From Basidiobolus meristosporus CBS 931.73 (Eukaryota > Fungi > Basidiobolomycota), in NCBI GenBank assembly GCA_002104905.1, contig MCFE01000137.1, positions 93,611 through 157,610 on the forward strand: a stretch of 64,000 nucleotides of DNA, given 5' to 3'. Position numbers and translations under genes: made by a program. Below are positions 27,374 to 40,700 of the stretch, in pieces (position 1 is the first letter of the stretch; the number at the start of each line of letters is the position of its first letter). The notes under the pieces are model-generated. The model was not told the origin of the DNA. It searched no databases and saw only the letters and a program-made list of their open reading frames with translations.

Positions 27374-30182
27374 ATGTTGACAGTTGTGGTGACATTGATG
27401 ACGGAAAAAGGATAGCCACAGTCTATTTCACTCTCAAAACAGGCGAAGCGGTGAGTGTTAAAACACAAGGAGGGGATGTGCTAGTGTTGATGAGAGAAGG
27501 GTGGAAACATGGCTTCAAGTGGAGTATTACAATAACCGGTCAGATCGAGGTCCTACCCGAAATAACGAAATGGAAAGCTATCTACACAAATAACATTCGT
27601 CCTCTTCTAAACGTTCAAGCCAGTTGTCGTCGGGCGTTTTGCATCCAGCAAGAATGAGTGTGTATGTGTACCGTGGGCTCGGCAATCTCGCTGTCCCCTC
27701 TGTCTGCCTCTCTTACTTTCTCCTTTGCTCTCCTAGCATGCACCCGCACCCGCACCCGCACGCATACACCCAGGTGGTCACACTCACACTCTTGCTCTCG
27801 TACTCGTTCTCGCCCTGCTACATGCTCCGACTGTTCTTATTGTTGCTCGTACTCCTCTGGCTCTCCACTGCCCATCATGAATGGCGCATGGCTCGTGAAG
27901 TTTCCTCCCATCACCGAGTTCCCCAGCATCGGTAGCGCTCCGACTGTGTTCACTTGCAGATTGCCGTTACCAATCCCCTCGCCGATATTTGTCTGGTAGC
28001 CTCCTCCTTCGACGCCTACTCCTGCTACGGCTCCGACTCCCCCTCCTGCTCCTGCTCCTATTCCATTCGGACGCTCTCCGAACATCTGGCTTTGCTCAAA
28101 GTTCGAGTAGTTCATCTCCTGTGCCTACACGTCCAAAATCTTCATTAGTATCCGTTCTTCTTCATTTTGGCTACTTTCCATTCGGTTGGCTTCTCAACCC
28201 TCGCCTCGCCTCGCCTAGCCTCTCCCCTCTCACCCTCTGCTCTTGCTTTCCCCGCTCCCTATCACTATCCCACTACTACTCCTACAGCCTCCTCCACCGC
28301 CGCTACCGCTCAGCAGTTATATTGATTCAATCATATCGTGTATTTACCTGATTGATTGTTGCCATGGGTGTGAAGCGTTGCCCTCTTCCGCCGCGCCCGT
28401 ACTCTTCCACATGCTCGTATCCGTGTGTAGCATTGCTGTCCCCATAAGAGACCCCACTGCTCGCTCCTCCATCCATTCCTCCATATGCCCCACCAAGCAT
28501 GCTCCCTTTGGTCCCTCGCGGAAATGCTGACTGGTTGGCTCCTTCCGGATTCAGCCCACTACTCAGCAGAAGCTGAGGTGATGGGAACTGCCTGCCATCT
28601 GATGAGTACATCTCTTCCTCGTAGTTGCGTGCTTGCTGTGCGTGCGCCATTTGGGGGTAATGTTGTTGCTGCTGCTGCTGTGGTGGTAACTGCCTTGGAT
28701 TGACATCTGCAAGTGAATGCCGTCTTGGCTGGTTGTATGGTAAGGTATATGGATCAGCAAGCGAGTGTCTTCGCAGGTAGAGGTGCCGCCGTTGTGGTGC
28801 TGGATGATGGGATCCTTGGGTGGGTGCTACAAAATTGTCATTAAGCTGGGTTACTGTACTGAATCTGGTCAAACCCGCGCTGAACTCCATCTCATTCTCA
28901 CCCCGCTATACCTTGCCATACTCTGCCCTATCTCCACTTCACTCCTATCCTATCCTATCCTATCCTATCCTTTCTTTTCCTTTCCTCTAGACTACGCTAC
29001 ACTACTATTCATGAAATTATGAATGTGTGTACTTACTGCTGTATCCTGATTGCATCGATGCCGAGTCTACGGAATGTGGACTGCCTTGCACAGACTCGGG
29101 GTTGTTCCCTGCTCCTTGTCCAAAGCTCATCCCCATAGGCTCATTCGCTGACGCCAGGGTCTGATTTGCCATCGAGCCAAGATCTTGTGAGTAAAAGCGA
29201 GGCCGGCTGAATTGTTGATTGTATCCTAGACAACACATGGTGTTTGTTAGTAATGCCTTGAATCTGTTTCGTCCCTCCGTCCATGGTGCTGAAGTCCCCT
29301 TCTCCCACTCTCGCTCATATCAAGCTGAAGTCTGTCTCCCCACCGCCTGCTCCGCCACCGTCGCCGTCGCCGCCACCGCCCCCTCCCCACACATCTTCTG
29401 CACTCATCGACGGACTCATACACTCTATCATACTCGAAATCACCAACCTTGCTGATTGTACGGCGTCCCTGACGCGAATCCTCCATTGAATGTATCCATG
29501 TTGACGCTGACCGTACTGCTGTAGCTTGCCGTCTGTTCAATAGTAAACATTGCATTGTTAGTATCGTTGCTTCAGAACTGTCTTCACCTCTAGAGTGACC
29601 AATGCCACTGCTATCACTACGCTCAATTCTCTCTCTCTCTCTCTCTCTCTCTCCCCCTCACTCTCTCTCTTCTGTGCAGCCCAGTGGTTCTCCTCCACCT
29701 TCATGTTTGTAAAACAAGCCCACTCTTTGGCTGCTGCTACTATCGCTGACATTACCGCTACTACGACTTCTACTTACATATTTCCCTATGATCTTCTTCA
29801 GCGCATATGGCAGCACCTTCCACGGGAACACCTTCACATCCTTCTCGATATTCCTTGGCTTCGGGTTCGGGAACGACATGATCAGCTTGAAGAACTCCGC
29901 CGACTCTGGTTTACATTTCGACACGGTGAGTGGCCGGAACCCTTCTAGGTTCCTTCGGATCCGATTCTTCTCCTCCACCGTGAACCGCACCGCTATCAAC
30001 GACTCCAGCAGATAGATGCAGTCCACGCTGGTGATGAAGTAGTCCTTCTTCTCCTCCCAATAAATGCACGATACCACGATGCTGTTGGGACCTCTTTCGG
30101 CCGGGGCGACGGGCTGGAAGCCACAGTGGATAACGTTGTTTTTGTGCTGACGCCAAAACTGAACCAGGCGACGCTTCGCCTC
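27374..30182. repeat. 2.8-kb near-identical direct repeat, copy 1 (copy 2 at 34539-37351)
   Basis: Base-by-base match from 'atgttgacagttgtggtgacattg' to 'gacgcttcgcctc', including introns. About a dozen substitutions plus microsatellite indels. Confidence 0.97.
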
Positions 30183-30532
30183 ATTCTCTTCGTTGGTCCT
30201 ATTGGCAATAAAGATTAGGTACATGGTGAAAGTACTACGAGAAGCGTAACATACCAATTCATGGTCATGTCCTCAACCACGCCATTCAAGCTCAAGGAAG
30301 CCTTGTTCAGCAGGGAGGCGTAGGCGTTTTGTACTCTCTCCTGGGCTGGCCCAACCGGTCCAGTTTGTGCGAGGTTGTAGGGAGCGGTGCTACCAGTAAG
30401 GTAATAATGAGACGGGTGCAAGGTTTCCTGCGTTTGCTCAAGATTCATGGGAGTTTTGACGCCTGATCCGTTTTCCTGAGCGGATGCATAAAATGGTCGC
30501 ATAGAAAGTTGTGGACTATGGGGAGAGATCAT
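27837..30532 (-). CDS. medA: MedA/Medusa-like (DUF7082) developmental regulator, paralog A, with Q/P/G-rich C-terminus
   Basis: ASLSLNG...W(T)NEENEAKRRLVQF...SCIYWEEKKDYFITSVDCIYLLE...EEKNRIRRNLEG...PKPRNIEKDVKVFPW...IIGKY|TASYSS matches the MedA domain from memory. Exons can be joined through GT-AG introns to the stop at 27837. Confidence 0.8.
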
Positions 30533-31499
30533 CGACTTTTTGTACAATCACTTTTGAAAACTATTTGGTAGAAAACTGTCTATTTGAATCGATAACGGGT
30601 AGCAGGATAGTAATTTCAAGTGATTTGTGTAACAAACCTCTAAACAATACAATTATATACGAGGAGCTATGTGGTTGAATAATGAAACAGAAATTCAGTC
30701 GCAGCTAGCGATCTATTCTACCAACGCGACAGATCCAGCGACGTAATAAGAGTGAGATTCAACTTGATAAAATACGGTGAAAAATAGATGCACCATAGAA
30801 AGATCCAGGCAAATTCGCAAAAGGGGCTGATCTTTAAGTAAAACTGGTATGAAACCGGTACAAACAGCAGAAAAGGAAAAGTCAAATGAAAAGCGATAAT
30901 GGTGAAGTATCCGTAATGGAGCTCGTGAAATCGGCGGGACCACTTATGGACACATTCTCAGGGTAATAAAATGTCGCCAGAGCTTATCGGAGTAGCGGTG
31001 CTGAGCTGAACGTCGACAATAGCTATGAACCTCTACAAGCATATGCTTTCAGAAATCCCCCCCCCGTGCTGAATCAGCTCGGATCTCGTACCCATCTACC
31101 AGATCCGACCTCAATGAACACGGATGTTTCAGAAATAGCCCCAAACGTACTTCAACCGTCATGGCCAATGGAAGGAGATGTTTAGTTTAATTAAGAATAC
31201 CAGCAGCTTATCTGCATATCCAAGCTGTAGATGCTATCCAGTCTCAAGCAACTCCCTGGATAGCTCACATTTGAAACCGAATGAAGTACATTTGTCTATC
31301 AGATCGTTATTAGGGAAGATGCATGATATACTAGGGGCAGCCTAATTGGCCAGAACTCGGATGCTGATGGCTGTGAATTGGCATTCAGCACACTGATGAT
31401 CAGGAGGGATTCAGCATGATACAATCAAATATTCCCATCCTGCTACCTTCGCAGGAAATAAATGAATCTTCACAGCCCGATGAAAGATTGGTCGAGCCC

Positions 31500-32000
31500 G
31501 CCCTGGTAAATGGCGGCCTCCATTGGTGCGCCTTGTCCCCCGATTGCTGGGTAGATCTTTCAATGGATGCCAAAACCTTCATAAAACAATGATCCAAGAT
31601 ATATATTTAGACCTGGTCTGAGTTGTCGGTGAGACATGTTCGGGGGAGTCGCTGCTGTGGATTCCTGTGTGAGGTCACTCATTGGATCATGTGTCTCACT
31701 CGACTCACTAGCTTTCCCAGATAATCCTGGATACCGAGGGCAATGATTCAGCTGACGTCGACAGGTTTGATAACAACTGCATGCACATGTCTCATTCGTC
31801 TTGTGCGAAATGTTGAGTCAACCGCGACTTCTCGTGCCCATCGATGGGTTGAAATGATGCATCTGCCGAATTCCTCGTAACGATTCTAACCCATTTTGTC
31901 ATCTGGTCGCCTGTCTCGACAACAAACCAAGTTTGATTTGCTCAAACCTTATAAATCCAACACACATGTGATCGTGTACCACGAAAACTTCCAATCCTTT
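31500..32000 (-). mobile_element. Possible decayed Mutator (MULE) transposase fragment
   Basis: A minus-strand frame reads EVAVDSTFRT...LPRTCLTDNSDQV...DHCF, resembling the first two catalytic Asp motifs of MULE transposases. It contains stops, and no TIRs were seen. Confidence 0.3.
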
Positions 32001-34538
32001 GGATTGGAGATTGGCGATAATTACCAAGTCTTGATTTCTTCGCAGTCCGATTGAATGCCAACCAACATGAGGGTTTCACCTGCATCAATCGCTAGCGTAG
32101 AGCAAGACAGGCTCACCCAACTGAATAGGCCGTATTCAAGCGTACCAGGAATGCCTCAAGAGGGATAGACTTACTGTCAGAAAAGCAGGTTGAACTGCGT
32201 ACGGCATAGGAGGTCCCATGGGCCTGAGCGGCTGTAGTGCCAGGGTGACAAAAAACCAAGAAAATCTGGTAGCCGATGCGATGACCGTAGGGATTGGTTC
32301 TTGAAGCGTCTAAACATTCTCTGTGTCCTGGGCTCCAATAGAAGGCCTTGCCAAACGAGTGAAATCTCACGAATTACCAGTCGACAGGATTTCTTGGCGA
32401 ATCCTAATATCGCATGCTGATGAAGGGCCAGGTTTTAAATTGATAAACTGGAAAAGCTTTGATCAAGTAGGTAGACGGCATCGCATTGATGATATGATCT
32501 CAGGACTATTGGCATCCGAATCGGATCTGTGTTCGTTACCCAAATGACATAAACCTAGATAGCTGAAGCTTGCCGATCAGTCTCAAATAACCCAGTGGTC
32601 TACGTTTGCTCAAACACATCCATACCACCAATTACACATGCACACCACTCTCTCTGAATCCTCTCACCGATATCGTAAGCCTAGCCGGTATCCACTAGCT
32701 GTGCGCCTGAAATCAAGGGCTAAAAATACAAACAAATTTCAATTAGATCATACATAATGAATCAGTGCTTTCCGAGATGGTTGCATGGTCCTGCATCCTG
32801 CGGAATTACTAACCCCCTCCAATCAATAACCCTTTGTCAACAATATCACAACCATAGCACTAAACTTTATATGACCACAGTGCTCGATTATCATGGTTAC
32901 CAAACCCAACGATGAGACAACACGGGCTCCGATCCTAACAGCTCTAGTGCTAACAAGATTAGTGCCGTCTATTTTTAAGCACAAAGTTCCTGGAGTGACA
33001 TCGTAGTATCTCCTACAGTTACAGATCACAACTGCTGATATGCACAACACTAGCCCTTGGCGATAACACAAAATCACTCATTTTGGTGTCAGATCTACTT
33101 ACTCGACAATGCTGCGTGATGCACAGTTAGGGTGCATACTCTATAGTGATGCATCATTTACAAGAGGGTTTAATAACTGCTTGGTGATTTGTCTGATTAA
33201 GTTCTGTGGCAACTTCTGGAGCAGGTTCGAGGTCAAGAATAATGTAACAACAACGTAAGCAAGTTTTCTGTGTAGTAGAGACTACACTAGTCAGTCGCTG
33301 GTCTAATTGGTTGTTTCAATGATGATCCATCGCCTGTTTTATACCAAGAAGTACGCTCAACCAGGATCTGTCTGGTTGTAAAGATGTTTACTCTTCATAG
33401 CCACCACTATCCACTTTACCAGCTAGCCAATCTGTAAAAACGAAATCTATCAGGTTGATATGTGCCAAGTCGTACAATTGGATATCTGGCACCATTGTAT
33501 AACATCAAACTCTCTCATCATGTACTTCCCATTCCAGAGCTTCATCATTTCGGCACTTCAAGGAGGTATCACAAGGCACTTTGATGTGGCGCTGCGTAGC
33601 GCCACTTTGAGTAATAGTAAGGAGTTCAGTGTTACGTAAATGATTAGAAATTTCAATACATTATTGTGGTGAGGCTAATCACTGATATATCAGCCTGATG
33701 TAAGCAAGGGGATGGCATTCAACAACATTGCAGAAAATTCAAGTACCATGGACTTAAGTGCTGTGATGAGATTCAGTGGCTTTGAATTATTGTGGGTTCA
33801 TTTCGTCTTGAATTGCAGTAATTGACCTCTATTCTCGTTAATTATTTTCGACCTATCAATCAACTGTTACATACATATATACTTGGCGTCGATCATGACA
33901 TGGTGAAAATCGTTGTAGAGTTGGGGTGGGATAGTTCAGAGATTATTGGTCAACATAGGCATATACAAACTCCTATCATAAATTGTCAGAAAATTGAATA
34001 CTAATGAGAAGCTATGCCAGAATGAACAACCACCACGTAATGAAATGTAATATCAGTTGCCACACCAGTAGAATTTCGGTGGTGTACATATATAACTTAG
34101 TATGGTAATGTGCTCACCAACGTATTCTCGGGTCCAATGTATTGATATTTTAATAATGTTACAGAGTTATAATGTATATGCACCTCGAAAACCAAAACAT
34201 CCGCCAAAACTATATACCATTAATGAAATTTGTAGTACACTGGCAAGTGGTGGTTACGCCTGAGTCAACTAAAGCGATTTCTCACGCTCCTCCTCATTCC
34301 ATAATCCTACGCTCATTCGCTCTACCAACTAGGACTCGAGTTGCAATTCAGGAGTACAGCCAATCCCCGTTTTTTACTTCAACCAGAATTTCGTCACCAG
34401 TACTTGCTCTGATGCCACTGAAGGCATTGAAGTTCAAACGAATCGGCTACTAGTCACCGATGTACATAACATTTCATACTTATGGGTGCCTGGCACTTTA
34501 AATACATCGGAAAGGGGATGCTTAGATAAGCCAATCTA

Positions 34539-36798
34539 ATGTTGACAGTTGTGGTGACATTGATGACGGAAAAAGGATAGCCACAGTCTATTTCACTCTC
34601 AAAACAGGCGAAGCGGTGAGTGTTAAAACACAAGGAGGGGATGTGCTAGTGTTGATGAGAGAAGGGTGGAAACATGGCTTCAAGTGGAGTATTACAATAA
34701 CCGGTCAGATCGAGGTCCTACCCGAAATAACGAAATGGAAAGCTATCTACACAAATAACATTCGTCCTCTTCTAAACGTTCAAGCCAGTTGTCGTCGGGC
34801 GTTTTGCATCCAGCAAGAATGAGTGTGTATGTGTACCGTGGGCTCGGCAATCTCGCTGTCCCCTCTGTCTGTCTCTCTTACTCTCTCCTTTGCTCTCCTA
34901 GCATGCACCCGCACACGCACACGCACGCATATACCCAGGTGGTCACACTCACACTCACGCTCTTGCTCTCGTACTCGTTCTCGCCCTGCTACATGCTCCG
35001 ACTGTTCTTATTGTTGCTCGTACTCCTCTGGCTCTCCACTGCCCATCATGAATGGCGCATGGCTCGTGAAGTTTCCTCCCATCACCGAGTTCCCCAGCAT
35101 CGGTAGCGCTCCGACTGTGTTCACTTGCAGATTGCCGTTACCAATCCCCTCGCCAATATTTGTCTGGTAGCCTCCTCCTTCGACTCCCCCTCCTGCTCCT
35201 GCTCCTATTCCATTCGGACGCTCTCCGAACATCTGGCTTTGCTCAAAGTTCGAGTAGTTCATCTCCTGTGCCTACACGTCCAAAATCTTCATTAGTATCC
35301 GTTCTTCTTCATTTTGGCTACTTTCCATTCGGTTGGCTTCTCAACCCTCGCCTCGCCTCGCCTAGCCTCTCCCCTCTCACCCTCTGCTCTTACTTTCCCC
35401 GCTCCCTATCACTATCCCACTACTACTCCTACAGCCTCCTCCACCGCCGCCACCGCTCAGCAGTTATATTGATTCAATCATATCGTGTATTTACCTGATT
35501 GATTGTTGCCATGGGTGTGAAGCGTTGCCCTCTTCCGCCGCGCCCGTACTCTTCCACATGCTCGTATCCGTGTGTAGCATTGCTGTCCCCATAAGAGACC
35601 CCACTGCTCGCTCCTCCATCCATTCCTCCATATGCCCCACCAAGCATGCTCCCTTTGGTCCCTCGCGGAAATGCTGACTGGTTGGCTCCTTCCGGATTCA
35701 GCCCACTACTCAGCAGAAGCTGAGGTGATGGGAACTGCCTGCCATCTGATGAGTACATCTCTTCCTCGTAGTTGCGTGCTTGCTGTGCGTGCGCCATTTG
35801 GGGGTAATGTTGTTGCTGTTGCTGTTGCTGTTGTTGTTGTTGCTGCTGCTGTGGTGGTAACTGCCTTGGATTGACATCTGCAAGTGAATGCCGTCTTGGC
35901 TGGTTGTATGGTAAGGTATATGGATCAGCAAGCGAGTGTCTTCGCAGGTAGAGGTGCCGCCGTTGTGGTGCTGGATGATGGGATCCTTGGGTGGGTGCTA
36001 CAAAATTGTCATTAAGCTGGGTTACTGTACTGAATCTGGTCAAACCCGCGCTGAACTCCATCTCATTCTCACCCCGCTATACCTTGCCATACTCTGCCCT
36101 ATCTCCACTTCACTCCTATCCTATCCTATCCTATCCTATCCTTTCTTTTCCTTTCCTCTAGACTACGCTACACTACTATTCATGAAATTATGAATGTGTG
36201 TACTTACTGCTGTATCCTGATTGCATCGATGCCGAGTCTACGGAATGTGGACTGCCTTGCACAGACTCGGGGTTGTTCCCTGCTCCTTGTCCAAAGCTCA
36301 TCCCCATAGGCTCATTCGCTGACGCCAGGGTCTGATTTGCCATCGAGCCAAGATCTTGGGAGTAAAAGCGAGGCCGGCTGAATTGTTGATTGTATCCTAG
36401 ACAACACATGGTGTTTGTTAGTAATGCCTTGAATCTGTTTCGTCCCTCCGTCCATGGTGCTGAAGTCCCCTTCTCCCACTCTCGCTCATATCAAGCTGAA
36501 GTCTGTCTCCCCACCGCCTGCTCCGCCACCGTCGCCGTCGCCGCCACCGCCCCCTCCCCACACATCTTCTGCACTCATCGACGGACTCGTACACTCTATC
36601 ATACTCGAAATCACCAACCTTGCTGATTGTACGGCGTCCCTGACGCGAATCCTCCATTGAATGTATCCATGTTGACGCTGACCGTGCTGCTGTAGCTCGC
36701 CGTCTGTTCAATAGTAAACATTGCATTGTTAGTATCGTTGCTTCAGAACTGTCTTCACCTCTAGAGTGACCAATGCCACTGCTATCACTACGCTCAAT

Positions 36799-36830
<32 letters not shown>

Positions 36831-37351
36831 TCTCTCTCTTCTGTGCAGCCCAGTGGTTCTCCTCCACCTTCATGTTTGTAAAACAAGCCCACTCTTTGGC
36901 TGCTGCTACTATCGCTGACATTACCGCTACTACGACTTCTACTTACATATTTCCCTATGATCTTCTTCAGCGCATATGGCAGCACCTTCCACGGGAACAC
37001 CTTCACATCCTTCTCGATATTCCTTGGCTTCGGGTTCGGGAACGACATGATCAGCTTGAAGAACTCCGCCGACTCTGGTTTACATTTCGACACGGTGAGT
37101 GGCCGGAACCCTTCTAGGTTCCTTCGGATCCGATTCTTCTCCTCCACCGTGAACCGCACCGCTATCAACGACTCCAGCAGATAGATGCAGTCCACGCTGG
37201 TGATGAAGTAGTCCTTCTTCTCCTCCCAATAAATGCACGATACCACGATGCTGTTGGGGCCTCTTTCGGCCGGGGCGACGGGCTGGAAGCCACAGTGGAT
37301 AACGTTGTTTTTGTGCTGACGCCAAAACTGAACCAGGCGACGCTTCGCCTC
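34539..37351. repeat. 2.8-kb near-identical direct repeat, copy 2
   Basis: Same match as copy 1 at 27374-30182. Confidence 0.97.
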
Positions 37352-37751
37352 CTTCTCTTCGCTTGTCCTAAGTGAGTTGACGGTGGTGAGAAACCGAACC
37401 AGACTCGACTGTGGATCTTTCGACTTACCACTTGAGTGCCATATCGTCGATATTACCGGTGAGGTTTAGAGAGGCCTTATTCAATAGTGAAGCATATGCG
37501 TTGTACGGCACCATAGGGACCGCTCCAACTGGACCAGAAGGTTGGGCCAGGTAATTCCCTGCGCCAGTGTTAGGGAAGAAATATTCGGAAGAGTGGGGTT
37601 GGGATTGATTTGGGATATGTTGGGCCAAGGGTTGTTGGCCTTCTTCTTGACCTTGGGCCGCATGTTGATTATCAGGGCCAGGCTCAGGGACATTTGCTGA
37701 TGTGTTGGTGTAGAAAGGGTGCATTGATTGCTGTAAAGGATGGGATATCAT
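35008..37751 (-). CDS. medA: MedA/Medusa-like (DUF7082) regulator, paralog B
   Basis: Same domain and exon structure as paralog A. First exon and intron 1 are diverged; the polyQ is 14 residues instead of 6. Confidence 0.8.
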
Positions 37752-40700
37752 AAAACACACTCACTTAGCAGGGACACCGAATTGGAGGCAAAGTAAGCAA
37801 TAGTAAAGAGAATCAAATTATATGATTAGGGAAGAATATTAGAATTGCGGAGAATATCAGATGAAACTTTTCAGGAGTGGAACTAGGTTTTATACAGGTC
37901 GAGCACATCCTTTATATATGAATTCCGTGTATATTCCTATATCGACGATAAATTTGTGGATGGCGAATACGAAGATCAATCAATATGACAAGGAATCCGG
38001 TTAGTATTTTGCAGTGGGAATCAATGGAAAAGGCTAGCAACAGGAGGATAAAATCCATTGTGATAGACCGCCTGGTATGATGTCAAGACTAGGGGAACAA
38101 TCACCAGTGAGGTTCGAATGATGGTTGAAAAGATTTACAGTCCTTGATCATAAATGAAACTGGAAATCCAATCTAGGTGAGCAAAGTAAAACACGGAGGT
38201 AGCCAAAAAGCAGGAGGTAGGTGTGAACCAAAAGAAAGGGACACCCCGTGCAGTATATTTTTGAAATGGGAGGTAATCTAAGCTGTGGTGAGAATTGGTT
38301 TGCACAATCCGATTTGACCAACAGATTCTTGAAAAGGATCTCAAATATGAAGGAAAAGGCTAAACAATAGTGACAATATTTCAAAAACAGGCATCGTTCA
38401 ACAAAATGGGTTCATGTGTTATCCACATAATAGTGGTAATGAGCCAGTGATCAATATGGGCATCATCCATTTTCAAGGGTACGCTGGGCGGCTCAATCAG
38501 GCCCAGACCAATAGGCGGTGGAGAAGTGATCCACAGGGATGCTTGTGTTGTGGCCATGGCTGATAATGATTGCTTGGGTTGCCACCGATAATTTCACTGG
38601 TAACATCGATGATTATCTATAGGCATCGCCAAGTGGCATTATAGCTGTCATGAGCGCTCTTGCGACGATGATGTCCTGTTGTTTGACAACTGAATGCATT
38701 ACTGGGAGTGGACGCAACTATGATCTGAATACAAGGATCTGTAGCTGAAGAACTCCGGCACCTACATCAGGCCACATACTCCACCCAAATAGGCAACAAG
38801 AGGTTGTACACCTTGAAATGAGATAAGGCGATTAGAGGAGACAAGCAGCGCAATGCTCTCAAAAGTCCGTTGCCTTTTCGAGGCTGGATTCCATCTTTGC
38901 AGCCCTCCAAGCCTATCGCATGATATCGTAGGAATCAGCAGTCCAGCGTGGATCTCTCTAGGGCTGCGCCTTGGTATACACTATAAATGCTCCTGCTCAC
39001 TGGTGCATCCAATCTGAACAAGTCAGCGGCAATTAGAATACCCCATCACATGATCCAAGAGGCTTGGGAATTCAATTAATGAATGTAGATGAGGTAGGCA
39101 ACACACAGGAGTCTGGTGTAATACCAAAATTATCCTCAAGGCCAAACAGCCAATTACGCAAACCAGGCTGCAATGTTGGGTGATATTGCATAGTGCTTGC
39201 CTCCAACTCTGGATAGGCAGCGGTCTCAGATTCCTGCTGATTTAGGAAGGTGACTCTTGTTTGGCTTTATCTATTGGGCTGAATGACTATTTGGGAGAGT
39301 GGTTTGAATGAACCCAGTTGATATAGCAGCTCAAATGCGGGGAAATCTTGATCAGGGTAGTGAGTAGACTTCTCTCTGACTGTTAACTGGTTTTGGATAT
39401 ATGATTACGTGCGTACCATTTTTTGAATTGGCCAGGGTATATATATATATACATATCTGTTCCCCAAGGATAGTGGTGATGCCCGACCAACACGCGATTG
39501 GAGCTACTGGTTTTCCAAATTCAGCCTCCACTCACCAGCGCAGTCTACCTTGAGAAATCCACAAGACCCCCCATCCCTTAACATATGGCATTAGCTAACA
39601 GTGATATCTGGTTGATGTCCCATTCCCGTGCTTTTGACAACTAATGTATCAATCTTGCTAGTCCCAATCATACTCCAGCCCAATTGTCGTCAGCATTGTT
39701 TGATTCATTTCCGGGCAGGTTATTGGGCGGAGCCAGTTATGGACTGTATAAATATCCCTTGTTTACTACCATGGTTAGTGTCACATTTGGGATCCTATGG
39801 AAACAAGCTGATATTGCTCACTTGGCCACATAAATAAACCACTTTAACGGGGCGTGTCATCTCTATGCAGTCCTGCTGCTTTAATGAGTAATCGGCAACG
39901 AGGCCAGGCTCATCTGACTGCTGCTGGAAAGGTCTGAGTTCGACAAATGGGCATATGTATCTCGGAGCAGATTGACGGAGTAGTACAAGCAAGTTGAATA
40001 ATTGGTCGATGTAGCATAGTTACCTGGTTGAACAACCAATAGGGGCGAAATACAACTCCATCAGTCAAGTGGGGGATATGTACTTTACTCCTTGGTGTAG
40101 TCAAACCAGTTACCGCCTGCCTGGTCAGGTTATTGATACTATATTGTTCAAATAAATGCTACAGGATCCTCATTTCCAAGAGTTGGCTGATTACTCAGCC
40201 GATGTAAATTCTGCTCGTAAAGATCATTTTGCCTTGAATGGCCAACTGCGAAATCCTGTTGATATTCACACTGCCGTTTCCCGTGGATCTATGAGCGGAT
40301 TTCAGAATTCCCTGACAGCGTCCACTGGATTAGTTGGATGAAGTAGCAAATTGAGGTAGCTCGCCATGCAACCTAATCAGTCCACCATGCAATGTTTCGG
40401 AAGCCTCTGATAATCTTTGCTAACCAGTGCACGTATACGCAGGACGTTGTGTATCAAATACCGGTCTGATCTGAATAAACCAGCATTGGCTGGATTTGAT
40501 CTTCCTACACCCAGTGCGTCCTGCTGGTTAGATTGTACCATAGATAGGAAAATGATTATCACTGGTTATTTTGTGAACATTTCCTGGTTCAAAAGTAGCC
40601 CTTTTCTGATGCACAGGTAATTTACAAATCCACAAATCGTCATGAAGCGCACTGGTTTCTACAAATGTGAAGTCCTGCGATTCCAGCTTTCTAAATATAC

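Noticed and set aside
27208-27468. Extra C-terminal coding exon for medA paralog A
   Set aside because: The spliced model already stops at 27837, and the frame is not conserved in paralog B.
27349-30208. Many short plus-strand and alternative-frame ORFs over the medA-like genes (mirrored at 34616-37431)
   Set aside because: They are antisense or off-frame shadows of GC-rich, microsatellite-rich sequence; the minus-strand spliced model explains the region.
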